Below are positions 1-9,950 of a stretch of 64,000 nucleotides of DNA, piece by piece. Source of the stretch: an uncultured delta proteobacterium (lineage in GTDB: Bacteria > Myxococcota_A > Polyangia > Fen-1088); NCBI GenBank assembly GCA_963796685.1, contig CAWCMR010000008.1, positions 768,001-832,000 on the forward strand, given 5' to 3'. The position numbers and the translations under genes are program-made. Each line of letters begins with the position of its first letter. Position 1 is the stretch's first letter. Under the pieces are notes generated by a model, which worked only from the letters and a program-made list of their open reading frames with translations, did not search any database and was not told where the DNA came from.

Positions 1-281
1 ATCCGACGACGGGTCTCGGGAATTGGACGGCGGCGCAGATCGTGACCGTGCTCCACCAAGGCCTGGACGATCAAGGCACCGGCATCTGCCCGCCCATGCC
101 CGTGGGCCCGAACGGTGCCTACGGCGGATTGACCGACCAGGACGCCTCGGATATCGCGAACTACATCAAGTCACTTCCTCCCGCGGTCAACGACGTGCCG
201 GATATGTGCAGCTGGCCGCCGGCGCCGCCCGTGGACGGCGGTGGCATCGACGGCTCCATGGACAGTCCGACCTCCGGCTAG
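1..281 (+). CDS. 3' part of a probable c-type cytochrome lipoprotein (starts before the window)
   Basis: Frame is open from the window edge: PTTGLGNWTAAQIVTVLHQGLDDQG..CPPMP..LTDQDASDIANYIKSLPP resembles the GLGxW..PPMP..L(S/T)DxD..AYLKSLP segment of c-type cytochromes; the CxxCH motif is not in the window. Confidence 0.55.
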   Translation, partial: PTTGLGNWTAAQIVTVLHQGLDDQGTGICPPMPVGPNGAYGGLTDQDASDIANYIKSLPPAVNDVPDMCSWPPAPPVDGGGIDGSMDSPTSG

Positions 282-386
282 GTGGAAAGCCACCACCCGA
301 CTCTCCCTGAAGGTCCCGCCCGCCGGGAGAGAACCGCCTCTCACTAGTTTGCGCATGCGGGCGAATTCGATGCTAGAGATCCGATC

Positions 387-1799
387 GTGAGCACAGAAAT
401 CCTGAAAGTCGAAGTCGTGGTCATCGGCGCCGGCCCGGGCGGGTACGTGGCCGGCATCCGTCTCGGCCAACTGCGCAAGAAGGTCCTGGTGGTCGAGAAG
501 ACCGCTCCGGGCGGCGTGTGCTTGAACGTGGGCTGCATTCCCTCGAAGGCACTCATCAACGCGTCCAAGCTGTACGAAAAGGCGAAACACGGCGCGGAGA
601 TGGGTATCTTCTTCGACAACCCGCGCGTCGACCTCGGCCGCATGCAGAAATGGAAGGACACCGTGGTCGGCAAGCTGACCTCGGGCGTTCGTCAACTGCT
701 CAAGGCCAACGGCTGCGACTACCGCGAGGGTACGGCGGCGCTGCTCTCGCCCCGCACCGTGCGCATCACCCGCCCGGGATCGACGGACGAAGTCCTGGTC
801 GAAACCGAGCACGTGGTCATCGCCACGGGGTCGCGCCCGGTGGCCATTCCCAGCCTGCCCTTCGACGGCAAGCGCGTCGTGGATTCAACCGGTGCGCTGG
901 CCTTCACCGACCTGCCCGCGCGCCTGGTGGTGGTGGGCGCCGGCTACATCGGCATGGAGATCGGGACCCTCTACGCCAAGCTCGGCAGCAAGGTCACCTT
1001 CGTCGAGGCTCTGCCCACCATGTTGCCCGGCAACGATCCCGAGTGCGTGCAAGTGGTCGCGCGCAAAGCGAAGAAGCTCGGGCTGGAGGTCATGCTTTCC
1101 GCGAAGGCCAAGGGCATGGTCGAAAAGGGCGACCGCGCGGTGCTGACCGTGGAGCGCGAGGGCGGCAGCGTGGAGATCGACGCCGACAAGATCCTGGTGG
1201 CGGTTGGCCGGCGGCCCAACATCGAGGACATCGGTCTGGAAATCGCGGGCGTGGGGACCGCGGGCGGATTCATCGCCGTCGATCGCCAGATGCGCACCAG
1301 CGTGCACAACATCTTCGCCATCGGCGACGTGGCGGGCCAGCCCATGTTGGCGCACAAGGGTTCGCGCGAAGCCGAGGTCGCGGCCGAGGTCATCGCCGAA
1401 AAAGCCGCCGAGATGGACGCGCAGGTCATCCCCGCGGTGGTCTTCACCGACCCGGAAATCGCCAGCGCGGGCCTGACCGCCGAGGAAGCGGAGAAGCGCG
1501 GCCACAAGGTCAAGGTGGGCAAGTTCCCCTTCACCGCCCTTGGCCGTGCCATCGCCAACCTGGACACCGACGGTTTCGCCAAGGTGGTCATGGATGCCGA
1601 CAGCGGGCAGCTTCTCGGTGTTCACGTGGTCGGGCAAGGCGCAGGCGATCTCATCAGCGAAGCCGCCCTGGCCATCGAGATGGGCGCCGCCGCGTCCGAC
1701 CTGGCCATGACCATTCACCCCCACCCCACCTTGCCCGAGGCCATCATGGAAGCGGCTAAGGCGGCGCTGGGCGAAGCCATCCACGTCCTCAACCGATAA
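387..1799 (+). CDS. lpdA: dihydrolipoyl dehydrogenase
   Basis: GAGPGG FAD motif, GGVCLNVGCIPSK redox disulfide, GAGYIG NAD motif, C-terminal HPHPTLPE. Confidence 0.95.
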   Translation: MSTEILKVEVVVIGAGPGGYVAGIRLGQLRKKVLVVEKTAPGGVCLNVGCIPSKALINASKLYEKAKHGAEMGIFFDNPRVDLGRMQKWKDTVVGKLTSGVRQLLKANGCDYREGTAALLSPRTVRITRPGSTDEVLVETEHVVIATGSRPVAIPSLPFDGKRVVDSTGALAFTDLPARLVVVGAGYIGMEIGTLYAKLGSKVTFVEALPTMLPGNDPECVQVVARKAKKLGLEVMLSAKAKGMVEKGDRAVLTVEREGGSVEIDADKILVAVGRRPNIEDIGLEIAGVGTAGGFIAVDRQMRTSVHNIFAIGDVAGQPMLAHKGSREAEVAAEVIAEKAAEMDAQVIPAVVFTDPEIASAGLTAEEAEKRGHKVKVGKFPFTALGRAIANLDTDGFAKVVMDADSGQLLGVHVVGQGAGDLISEAALAIEMGAAASDLAMTIHPHPTLPEAIMEAAKAALGEAIHVLNR

Positions 1800-1801
1800 C
1801 C

Positions 1802-2782
1802 ATGCGTATCCTGGTCACCGGCGGCGCCGGCTACATCGGTTCACACACCACCGCGCTGCTGCGCGCGCGGGGCGATTTCGTGGTCGTGTTCGACAGCTTG
1901 GAGCTGGGTTATCGCCAGGCCATAGGCGATGCGCCGCTCGTCGTGGGCAACACGCACGACAGCGGCCTGGTCCAACAAGTCATCCGCGAGCACAAGCTGG
2001 AAGCCGTCATCCATTTCGCCGCCTACAAGGCGGCGGGCGAGTCGATGACCCATCCCGCGAAGTACTTCGACAACAACGTGCAGGGCAGCCTGCAACTCAT
2101 GGAGGCAGCCTGCCAGGCCGGCGTGCGCCAGTTCGTGTTCTCATCGACGGCGGCCATCTATGGCACCCCCAGCACCTTGCCCGTGCGCGAAAGCGACGAG
2201 TTGCGGCCCGAGAACCCCTACGGGGAGAGCAAGCTCCTCGTCGAACGTATGCTGAGATGGTTCGACGCGTGCCACGGCCTGCGCAGCGTGATCTTGCGCT
2301 ACTTCAATGCCGCTGGCGCCGCGCTGGATGGGGAGAACGGCGAGGATCCGCGCCACGTCCAGAATCTGATCCCCGTGGTGATGAAGGTCGCCACGAAGCG
2401 CGCGCCCGCGCTGCGCGTGTTCGGAACCGACTACCCCACGCCCGATGGAACCGGCATCCGCGATTACATCCACGTGCTCGATCTGGCCGAAGCGCACGCG
2501 CGTGCCCTGGATTTCCTCGCCGCCGGCAACGTCTCGGAGATCTTCAACATCGGCACGGGTCAGGGGGCCTCGGTCCTCGAGGTTCTGAACCATGCCAAAC
2601 GCATCAGCGGCGTGGACATCGCCGCCGACTTCGTCGAGCGCCGGCCCGGCGATCCCGCCGCCGTCTACGCCGACAATCGCAAGGCGCGCGACGTCCTCGG
2701 TTGGCGGCCCCGCTACGGTCTCGAGGAAATCATCCAAACCGCCTGGCGCTGGCACCACGGCCATCCCGACGGCTTCAGATGA
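1802..2782 (+). CDS. galE: UDP-glucose 4-epimerase
   Basis: TGGAGYIGSH, HFAA, YGESK (YxxxK), LRYFN, DGTGIRDYIHV, RRPGDP. Confidence 0.93.
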   Translation: MRILVTGGAGYIGSHTTALLRARGDFVVVFDSLELGYRQAIGDAPLVVGNTHDSGLVQQVIREHKLEAVIHFAAYKAAGESMTHPAKYFDNNVQGSLQLMEAACQAGVRQFVFSSTAAIYGTPSTLPVRESDELRPENPYGESKLLVERMLRWFDACHGLRSVILRYFNAAGAALDGENGEDPRHVQNLIPVVMKVATKRAPALRVFGTDYPTPDGTGIRDYIHVLDLAEAHARALDFLAAGNVSEIFNIGTGQGASVLEVLNHAKRISGVDIAADFVERRPGDPAAVYADNRKARDVLGWRPRYGLEEIIQTAWRWHHGHPDGFR

Positions 2783-2827
2783 TAATAGACTCGGGCGCTC
2801 CTCTTTAGCGCACGCTACACTTGCCCG

Positions 2828-3862
2828 GTGGCAAACCCGGCGGAATCCCATGACGTGGTCATCATCGGCGCGGGGCCCGGAGGCTTGTCTTGCGCCAAGC
2901 ACCTCGCGGGCTCGACCAAGAAGGTGCTGGTGCTGGAGAAGAGCGCGGGCCTCGGCGAAAAGATCTGTTCCGGGTTGATTTCGCCCAAGGCGTTCCCGGA
3001 CCTGCAGCGCGACCGCGGCGTGCCATGGACGGCGATCTCCGTCGCCACCACCCGATCGAAGAAGGCCGTCCAGTTCGCGCGCCCCTATTTGTGGACCATG
3101 GGCCGCAAGGACATCGAAGGCCGCCTTCTCCGGGACTGCACCGCCGATGTCCACTTTTCCGAGCCCGTGCGCAGGATCACGCGCGATTTCGTCGAAACCG
3201 ACAAGAGGTGCTACCGCTACAAACACCTGGTCGGCGCCGACGGCTCCCTGTCCAAGGTGCGCAAGTACCTCGGGTTGCCTTCCAAGCGCATCGTGGGTTG
3301 GGCCTTCCACTACATCCTGGATCGTCCCTGCGCCGAATTTCAAATGCACTGGGTTCCGCGCGAATTCAAGGGGGCCTACGGCTACATGATGCCGAAAAAC
3401 CAGCAGCAGACCATGGCCGGACTGGCCTGGGCCGGAGAATCCTTCGATGCCGAGGTCGCCGCGCGCGCGCGCACCTGGATCGCGCGCACCTTCGACATCG
3501 ACCCGGACAAGACGCCCCACGAAGCCATGAAGGGCAACGCCGACTACCGGGGTTGGCGCTTCGGCAACACCTACCTGGTCGGCGACGCCGGCGGCTTCCT
3601 GAATCCGGTCACCACCGAAGGTATCTGGTTCGCCATGCGCAGCGGCGAGGGCGTGGCCAAGTTCATCCTCGGCGATGCGGAAGGCGAGCGCATCTTGGCC
3701 AAGATGGTGGCCAACCACCGCAAGCAGGTACGCATCTTCAACCTGATGACCAACCGCAGACTGCCGCTGTGCTGGTTCATCGAATGGCTCTTTCGCAACC
3801 CGGAAAAGGGCCTGCGCCGCAGGATCTTCGACGGCGTCTTCTGGAATCTCATGGAAGGTTGA
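2828..3862 (+). CDS. FAD-dependent oxidoreductase, geranylgeranyl reductase family
   Basis: GAGPGG, KICSG, VGADG, LVGDAGGFLNPVTTEGI motifs. Confidence 0.8.
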   Translation: MANPAESHDVVIIGAGPGGLSCAKHLAGSTKKVLVLEKSAGLGEKICSGLISPKAFPDLQRDRGVPWTAISVATTRSKKAVQFARPYLWTMGRKDIEGRLLRDCTADVHFSEPVRRITRDFVETDKRCYRYKHLVGADGSLSKVRKYLGLPSKRIVGWAFHYILDRPCAEFQMHWVPREFKGAYGYMMPKNQQQTMAGLAWAGESFDAEVAARARTWIARTFDIDPDKTPHEAMKGNADYRGWRFGNTYLVGDAGGFLNPVTTEGIWFAMRSGEGVAKFILGDAEGERILAKMVANHRKQVRIFNLMTNRRLPLCWFIEWLFRNPEKGLRRRIFDGVFWNLMEG

Positions 3863-3918
3863 AGCGCGCATCGCGGCTCAAGAGACGCGGCGACAAGTCG
3901 ATGATAGGAGAGCACACG

Positions 3919-4260
3919 ATGACCCCACAGCGTGCCCAATCCGAACGGCGAATCTACCCTCGGCATCGCGTGCGCGTCGCGGTGCTTTGGCGCAACCGCC
4001 AGCAAGAGCTCATGCCCGGCGAAATCTGCGATGTCTCTGCGCAGGGTATCTTCGTGGTGTCCACGACCGCCCTTCCCGACGATGTCGGGACGGGCGATCT
4101 CACCCAGATCACCCTGCGAACCCAAGCCGGTGAAGAGACCCTGACCGGTATCGTGCGCTGGCGCGGCTACCACCCTTTGCATCAAGCCATCGGTTGCGGC
4201 ATCCGGCTCGACGAAGCCAGCATGGCCGTGGTGGCGCGCTTGTTCCCGGCTACTTCTTGA
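3919..4260 (+). CDS. PilZ-domain protein
   Basis: RRIYPR (RxxxR) and DVSAQG (DxSxxG) c-di-GMP motifs; AGGAG at 3906-3910 precedes ATG 3919. Confidence 0.8.
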   Translation: MTPQRAQSERRIYPRHRVRVAVLWRNRQQELMPGEICDVSAQGIFVVSTTALPDDVGTGDLTQITLRTQAGEETLTGIVRWRGYHPLHQAIGCGIRLDEASMAVVARLFPATS

Positions 4261-5140
4261 TCTCGAGCAGCTCGATGTCGAAGACCAGCATGCCGTGCGG
4301 CCGCCCGCCCGGGCCGGGCTCGTCGCCGTAGGCCAGCTTGCCCGGGATCCAGAAGCGGGTCTTCTCACCCTCGACCATGAGCTGCAAGCCCTCGGTCCAG
4401 CCCTTGATCACCCCCCCAAGCGGAAACTCCGCGGGCTGGCCACGCACCACCGAGCTGTCGAAGCGCTTGCCGTCGGTGGTCCAACCGGTGTAGTTCACCT
4501 TCACCACGCTGCTGGCGGTCGGGTGCACCTTGCCCTTGCCTTTGACAAGCACGCGATAGGCCAGGCCCGAGGCGGTCTTCTTGGCGTTCTTGGGCACCGC
4601 GGCCACGTCGGTGGGCACGGCCGGCGCCGGCGGTGCCTTGGTGATGCCGAGCAATTCCACGTCGAACACCAGGGTTCCCGACGGGCCTCCCGGACGACGC
4701 GGAGTATCACCGTAGGCCAGATTGGCCGGGATCCAGAAGCGACGCTTTTCGCCCTGAACCATGAGTTGCAAGCCCTCGGTCCAGCCCTTGATCACCCTGT
4801 CGAGCGGGAACTCCGCGGGCTGTCCGCGCACCACCGAGCTGTCGAACATCTTGCCGTCGGTCATCCAGCCCGTGTAATGCACCTTCACCATGTCCTCGGG
4901 GCCGGGATGGACGGTACCGGTGCCCTTTTGCAGGACCTTCGAGGCGAGACCCGAGGGGGTCTTCTCGGCATCGGCGGGGGCGGCCGCGACGTCCGCGGGC
5001 GCAGGCAGGCCCTTGGCGGCTTCCGGTGCCTTGACCACGGGCTTCGGGGGCGGCGGCGGGGTCGCCGGCTTTTCGGGTTCTTTCTTGCAAGACGAGCACA
5101 CGAGCATGGCCAGGAGCATGGCGGTGGAGATGTATCGCAT
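4250..5140 (-). CDS. FKBP-type peptidyl-prolyl isomerase lipoprotein, two FKBP domains
   Basis: Signal/lipobox-like N-terminus, Pro-rich linker, two copies of YTGW..DGK.FDSS..VIKGWTEGL..IP..LAYG..LVFD(V/I)EL. Confidence 0.92.
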   Translation of the reverse strand: MRYISTAMLLAMLVCSSCKKEPEKPATPPPPPKPVVKAPEAAKGLPAPADVAAAPADAEKTPSGLASKVLQKGTGTVHPGPEDMVKVHYTGWMTDGKMFDSSVVRGQPAEFPLDRVIKGWTEGLQLMVQGEKRRFWIPANLAYGDTPRRPGGPSGTLVFDVELLGITKAPPAPAVPTDVAAVPKNAKKTASGLAYRVLVKGKGKVHPTASSVVKVNYTGWTTDGKRFDSSVVRGQPAEFPLGGVIKGWTEGLQLMVEGEKTRFWIPGKLAYGDEPGPGGRPHGMLVFDIELLEIKK

Positions 5141-5205
5141 GGGTGCAATCTCCGTCGGTTGCCGCCTCTCTGTCAACACCCAGTGCTATCGAGTACCCTT
5201 GCGCC

Positions 5206-7149
5206 ATGCCGCTCTTCCAGAAACCAGCGCGCACGGACGAGGAGAACGCGGCCAGCCGGCCGCTCGAGATCCCGCCCGTCGAAGTCGCGACGTTCGACGA
5301 GGAAACCTGGTACCGCCGTGCCTTTCGCGGCGAGCAAGCGCCCCAGCTCACGGTGCGCGCGGTGGTGCTGGGCTCGTTGCTCGGGTTCCTGCTCGCCTTC
5401 ACCAATCTCTATGTCGGGCTCAAGACCGGCTGGGGCCTGGGCGTAGCCATCACCGCGTGTATCGTCTCCTTCTCGCTATGGAACCTGTGCCTGCGCATGG
5501 GCCTGGCACGCTCGCCGCTCTCCATCTTGGAGAGCAACTGCATGCAGTCGACGGCCTCGGCCGCCGGCTATTCGACGGGCAGCACCATGGTGTCGGCCAC
5601 GCCCGCGCTGCTCATGCTCAGCGTGAGCACCGAGAACCCGACGGGACGCCACTTGCCCTGGCCGGTCTTGGCGGGGTGGACCTTCTTTCTCGCGCTGCTG
5701 GGCGTGGCCCTGGCCATCCCCATGAAGCGCAACATGATCAACCAGGAGAAGCTGCGCTTCCCCTCGGGCATCGCCGCCGCGGTCACCTTGCAGTCGCTCT
5801 ACAGCCAAGGCAAGGAAGCGGCGGCCAAGGGCCGGGCGCTGCTGGTCGCCGCGCTGGTCGCCGCAGTGCCGCCGATGGTCATGGATCTGCCGTTTCGCCG
5901 CCCCACGCGCGAGCGGCCATACAAAGGATTGCTTCCCGACACCTCCTCGCTCTTCGACTGGTTGCCGGTGCCCGGCAGAGATCCAAAGACCGGCGCCGCC
6001 TACCACGCCAGCGACTGGAACTTCGTGCTCGATAACAAGCTGGTCATGATCGCCGCTGGCGCGCTCACCGGGCCGCGTATCTGCTTCTCCATGGTCGCGG
6101 GTGGCTTGATCCTGATGTACTTGGTCGGGCCGGCCGCCGTCGCCAACGGTGCCGCGCAAAGCGCCGGCCGCGCCTGGCGGGACATCGGCATCTGGATCGG
6201 CGCGCCCATGATGATTTCGGCCGGCCTTCTCACCTTTTTCACCGAGTGGCGGACCATCGTGCGCGCCATGGGCGGCCTCGGGCGCACCAACAAGTCCGGC
6301 TACGCCACCGCGGAAGTGCCCGGTTCGTGGTTCTTCGGCCTCGGCCTCGTCGCCACCGTCGGCGTTCTCTTCATCGGACAAAGGCAATTCTCCATTCCTT
6401 GGCACCTGGGGTTCATCGCCGTGCTGCTGACCTTCTTCCTGTCGCTGGTTGCCTGTCGCGCCACCGGCGAATCCGACATCACGCCCATCGGGGCCATGGG
6501 CAAGGTCACCCAACTCGTGTACGGCGTGCTCATCCCGCAGAACGCCACCGCGAATCTGATGACCGCTTCCATCACCGCCAACGCGGCGGCGTCGAGCGCC
6601 GATTTGCTCACCGATCTCAAGTCCGGCTACCTCCTCGGGGCGCACCCGCGACGCCAGTTTCTCGCGCAGCTGATGGGCGTCTTCGCCGGCACTGTCGCGA
6701 GCGTGATCGGGTTTCGTCTCCTGGTTCCCGACACCAGCGTCTTCACCGGCTCGGGCGGAACGCCGCCGGCCTTCGCCGCGCCCGGCGCGCAGACATGGCT
6801 GGCCGTCGCGAGGCTATTCCAAGAAGGCATCGGCCATCTCCACAGCATGGCCCGACACGGAATCGTGTGGGGCATCCTCGCCGGTGCGGCTCTCGCGGCG
6901 CTGGAAACCGCCTTGCCCAAGCGCCGTCGCTGGCTGCCCTCGCCCATCGGGGTCGGTCTCGGCTTCATTCTGCCCTTCTTCAACCCGCTGTCGATGCTCC
7001 TCGGCGCCACCTTTGCCTGGCTGTGGTCGCGACACAACCACGCTCAAGCCGACCGTTACGTGGTGCCGGTCTCGTCCGGCATCATCGCCGGCGAGTCGAT
7101 TGTCAGCGTCGCGATCGCACTGGTGAACAACGTGCTGCTGCGCCGGTAG
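5206..7149 (+). CDS. OPT/YSL-family oligopeptide transporter
   Basis: QLTVRA, NLYVGLKTG, LESNCMQSTASA, LRFPSG, DLKSGYLLGAHPRRQ, SGIIAGES; many TM segments. Confidence 0.9.
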   Translation: MPLFQKPARTDEENAASRPLEIPPVEVATFDEETWYRRAFRGEQAPQLTVRAVVLGSLLGFLLAFTNLYVGLKTGWGLGVAITACIVSFSLWNLCLRMGLARSPLSILESNCMQSTASAAGYSTGSTMVSATPALLMLSVSTENPTGRHLPWPVLAGWTFFLALLGVALAIPMKRNMINQEKLRFPSGIAAAVTLQSLYSQGKEAAAKGRALLVAALVAAVPPMVMDLPFRRPTRERPYKGLLPDTSSLFDWLPVPGRDPKTGAAYHASDWNFVLDNKLVMIAAGALTGPRICFSMVAGGLILMYLVGPAAVANGAAQSAGRAWRDIGIWIGAPMMISAGLLTFFTEWRTIVRAMGGLGRTNKSGYATAEVPGSWFFGLGLVATVGVLFIGQRQFSIPWHLGFIAVLLTFFLSLVACRATGESDITPIGAMGKVTQLVYGVLIPQNATANLMTASITANAAASSADLLTDLKSGYLLGAHPRRQFLAQLMGVFAGTVASVIGFRLLVPDTSVFTGSGGTPPAFAAPGAQTWLAVARLFQEGIGHLHSMARHGIVWGILAGAALAALETALPKRRRWLPSPIGVGLGFILPFFNPLSMLLGATFAWLWSRHNHAQADRYVVPVSSGIIAGESIVSVAIALVNNVLLRR

Positions 7150-7158
7150 CCGTGGAGC

Positions 7159-7656
7159 CTACGCGCTGGCGGTGCGCTTGCCCATCTTCGAATCCAGGTA
7201 CCAGATGCCGCCCCCTTGCTCGCCCACCGCCTTCAGCTGATCCACGATCTGGCCGACGTTCGCTTCTTCCTCGACTTGCTCGGTCACGTACCACTGCAAG
7301 GTGATCTCGCTGGCGTAGTCCTTCTCGGTCCGCGACAGCTCGAAGAGGGCGCCGATTTTGACCGTGATGCTCTTCTCGTGCTCCAGGATCTTTTCGAACA
7401 CCTGGGTGACGGTGCCGAACTCGCAAGGGGGCGCGCTGATCGCGCCGAGCTTGAGCTTGCCGCCCCGGTCGAGCAGGAAGGTGACCAACTTCATGGCGTG
7501 CTTGGTTTCCTCCTGTGCTTGCACGCGCAACCAGTGGGCGAAACCGCGAAAGCTCCGCCCCTCGCAATGCGCGCTCATGGCCAGGTAAAGCTGGGCCGAG
7601 TACTGCTCCAGCGTGATTTGTGCGTTGAGTGCGTCCTGAATCTTCTTGTTGATCAT
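7159..7656 (-). CDS. ftnA: non-heme ferritin
   Basis: LNAQITLE..Y, EE..HAMK, HEK, LQWYVTEQVEEE ferroxidase motifs. Confidence 0.9.
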   Translation of the reverse strand: MINKKIQDALNAQITLEQYSAQLYLAMSAHCEGRSFRGFAHWLRVQAQEETKHAMKLVTFLLDRGGKLKLGAISAPPCEFGTVTQVFEKILEHEKSITVKIGALFELSRTEKDYASEITLQWYVTEQVEEEANVGQIVDQLKAVGEQGGGIWYLDSKMGKRTASA

Positions 7657-7672
7657 AGCTTCTCCTGGTTGG

Positions 7673-9226
7673 TCAAGCTGCCCGAATGCGATCCTCGAAT
7701 GCGGTCAGCGCGGCTTTCGCGCCCTCGCCCATGGCGATGACGATTTGCTTGAAGGGAACGCTGCTGACGTCCCCGGCGGCGTAGACGCCGGCCTTGCTGG
7801 TCCGGCAACGCTCGTCGATGACGATTTCGCCCATGCGATTCGTGGTCACCATGTCCTTGGCCACCGCGCTGTTGGGTACCAGACCGATTTGCACGAAGAC
7901 ACCATCGAGCGCGATTTCGCGGATCTCTTCGCTCGGCCGATCCTGGTAGCGCAGCGCCGTCACCGTCTGCCCGTTGCCAACCACCTCGGTGGTGCGCGCG
8001 TTGGTGATGACGGTGACGTTGGGCAGACCGCGCAGGTTGCGTACCAGGACCTCGTCGGCCTTGAGCTCGACGGCATACTCGACCAGGGTCACGTGGGCGC
8101 AAATCCCGGCCAGGTCGATGCCGGCCTCGACCCCGGAATTGCCGCCGCCGATCACGGCCACGTGCTTGCCTTTGTAGAACGGGCCGTCGCAGTGCGGGCA
8201 GAAGGCCACGCCACGGCCCATGTAGTCCTTCTCGCCGGGGATGCCCAGCTCGCGCCACTTGGCGCCGGTGGCCAGGATCAGGGCATCGGTGTGCAACACC
8301 TCACCGCCCTGCAGACGCAATTCCTTTTGCTTGCCGTGGTCGAGGATCTGCTCGACCTTGCGGTTGTCCAGCACATCGATGGCGTAGGTTCGCAGGTGCT
8401 TTTCCAGATCCGCGGCCAGTCGACGACCCTCGGTATAGGGCACGGAGATCAGGTTCTCGATGCCGACCGTTTCCTGCACCTGCCCGCCCAGCCTCTGCGC
8501 CACGAGCGCGGTCTTCAGCCCCTTGCGCGCGCTGTAGATCGCCGCCGAGCTGCCCGCCGGTCCGCCGCCCAGCACCACCACGTCGTAGCTTTTCGGCGTC
8601 TGCGGCGCCCCGTCGGCGGAAGTCTCGCGCCCCAGGACGCCCTCGAGCGTTTCCAGCAACTCGGCGAAGTTGGCTCGACCCACGTGCACGATGGCACTGC
8701 CGTTCACCACCGCCGGCACGCCCTGGATGCCGAGGGCCTGGATGTCGGACTCGGCCAGCTCGCCATCGATCATTTCGTGCTGGAAATCCGGGTGCATGAG
8801 CGCCATCTGGTTGAGCGCCTGCACCACGTCGGGACAATTCGTGCAGCTGAGCGAGACGTAGGTGCGCAGACGCACCGGACCTTTGAGGGACTTGACCCTG
8901 CGCCGGATCCCTTCGTCGGGCAGCTTGCCCTTGCCGTCGCTGTTGAGCAGGGCGATGACGAGCGAGGTGAATTCATGCCCGCCGGGAACACCACGAAAGC
9001 GAATACCGGTGGGGCGCCGGCCACGAAGGATGTCGAACTGAACCCCCGCGACCTCGTCGGCGAGCTCGTCGAGCGAAAGCTTGTCGCTGCACGAAGCAAC
9101 CTCGGTGAGCAGCTCGCGCAGCTCGTCCTGCTTGGGGTTGGTGCTACGGTAGAGAACCAGCGTCAACGACGAAGACAAGGTCGCGAAATGGGTCTCGAGT
9201 TGGTCCTTGATGCCTTGGTCCAGCAT
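7673..9226 (-). CDS. ahpF: alkyl hydroperoxide reductase subunit F
   Basis: GHEFTSLV, CTNCPDVVQALN, GGGPAG, CPHCDGP, GGGNSG. Confidence 0.95.
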   Translation of the reverse strand: MLDQGIKDQLETHFATLSSSLTLVLYRSTNPKQDELRELLTEVASCSDKLSLDELADEVAGVQFDILRGRRPTGIRFRGVPGGHEFTSLVIALLNSDGKGKLPDEGIRRRVKSLKGPVRLRTYVSLSCTNCPDVVQALNQMALMHPDFQHEMIDGELAESDIQALGIQGVPAVVNGSAIVHVGRANFAELLETLEGVLGRETSADGAPQTPKSYDVVVLGGGPAGSSAAIYSARKGLKTALVAQRLGGQVQETVGIENLISVPYTEGRRLAADLEKHLRTYAIDVLDNRKVEQILDHGKQKELRLQGGEVLHTDALILATGAKWRELGIPGEKDYMGRGVAFCPHCDGPFYKGKHVAVIGGGNSGVEAGIDLAGICAHVTLVEYAVELKADEVLVRNLRGLPNVTVITNARTTEVVGNGQTVTALRYQDRPSEEIREIALDGVFVQIGLVPNSAVAKDMVTTNRMGEIVIDERCRTSKAGVYAAGDVSSVPFKQIVIAMGEGAKAALTAFEDRIRAA

Positions 9227-9257
9227 AGGTGCTCCAGGTGGAAGTGGGGGGAAGAGA

Positions 9258-9286
9258 ACGGCCCGGGATGGTCGATCCCGGGCCGT
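9258..9286. repeat. perfect 12-bp-stem hairpin between ahpC and ahpF
   Basis: ACGGCCCGGGAT-ggtcg-ATCCCGGGCCGT; could stabilise or attenuate the ahpC mRNA. Confidence 0.6.
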
Positions 9287-9311
9287 GCAGGCGGTCAATC
9301 GGGTGCCGGGA

Positions 9312-9878
9312 CTAAATCTTGCCGACCAGATCGAGGCCAGGCTTCAAGGTCGCGGCTCCTGGCGTCCACTTGGCGGGACAGACCTCGCCATCGTGCGTGG
9401 CCACGAACTGAGCCGCCTGAATCTTGCGCACCAACTCTTCGGCGTTGCGGCCGATGCCGTTGTCGTGGATCTCGGCCACCTTGATCTTGCCCTCAGGATT
9501 CACCACGAAGGTGCCACGGTAGGCCAATCCTTCGGCGTCGATGTACACACCAAAGGCCCGGCTGAGCGCGCCCGTCGGGTCGGCCAGCATGGGGTACTTG
9601 ATCTTCTTGATGGTGTCCGAGGCGTCGTGCCACGCCTTGTGCACGAAGTGCGTATCGGTGCTGACCGAATAGACCTCGACGCCCATGCCCTTGAGCTTGT
9701 CGTACTTGTCGGCCATATCGCCGAGCTCGGTCGGGCAGACGAAGGTGAAGTCGGCGGGGTAGAAGAAGAACACGGACCACTTGCCTTTGAGATCGGCGTT
9801 GCTGACGGTCTTGAACTTGCCGCCGTGGAACGCCTGAACGCTGAAGTCCGGAATCTGCGAGTTGATGATGCTTGCCAT
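9312..9878 (-). CDS. ahpC: alkyl hydroperoxide reductase subunit C
   Basis: FFYPADFTFVCPTE, GEVCPAKW, LDLVGKI. Confidence 0.97.
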   Translation of the reverse strand: MASIINSQIPDFSVQAFHGGKFKTVSNADLKGKWSVFFFYPADFTFVCPTELGDMADKYDKLKGMGVEVYSVSTDTHFVHKAWHDASDTIKKIKYPMLADPTGALSRAFGVYIDAEGLAYRGTFVVNPEGKIKVAEIHDNGIGRNAEELVRKIQAAQFVATHDGEVCPAKWTPGAATLKPGLDLVGKI

Positions 9879-9950
9879 AGGGTCTCCTTTTTTCTCACCT
9901 TCTTTGATGCCGGAAATGTACGCGCGTTTCCAAGAAGGCGGAGAAAGAAA

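Noticed and set aside
4250-5000. Long internal direct repeat
   Set aside because: It is the two FKBP domains of one protein.
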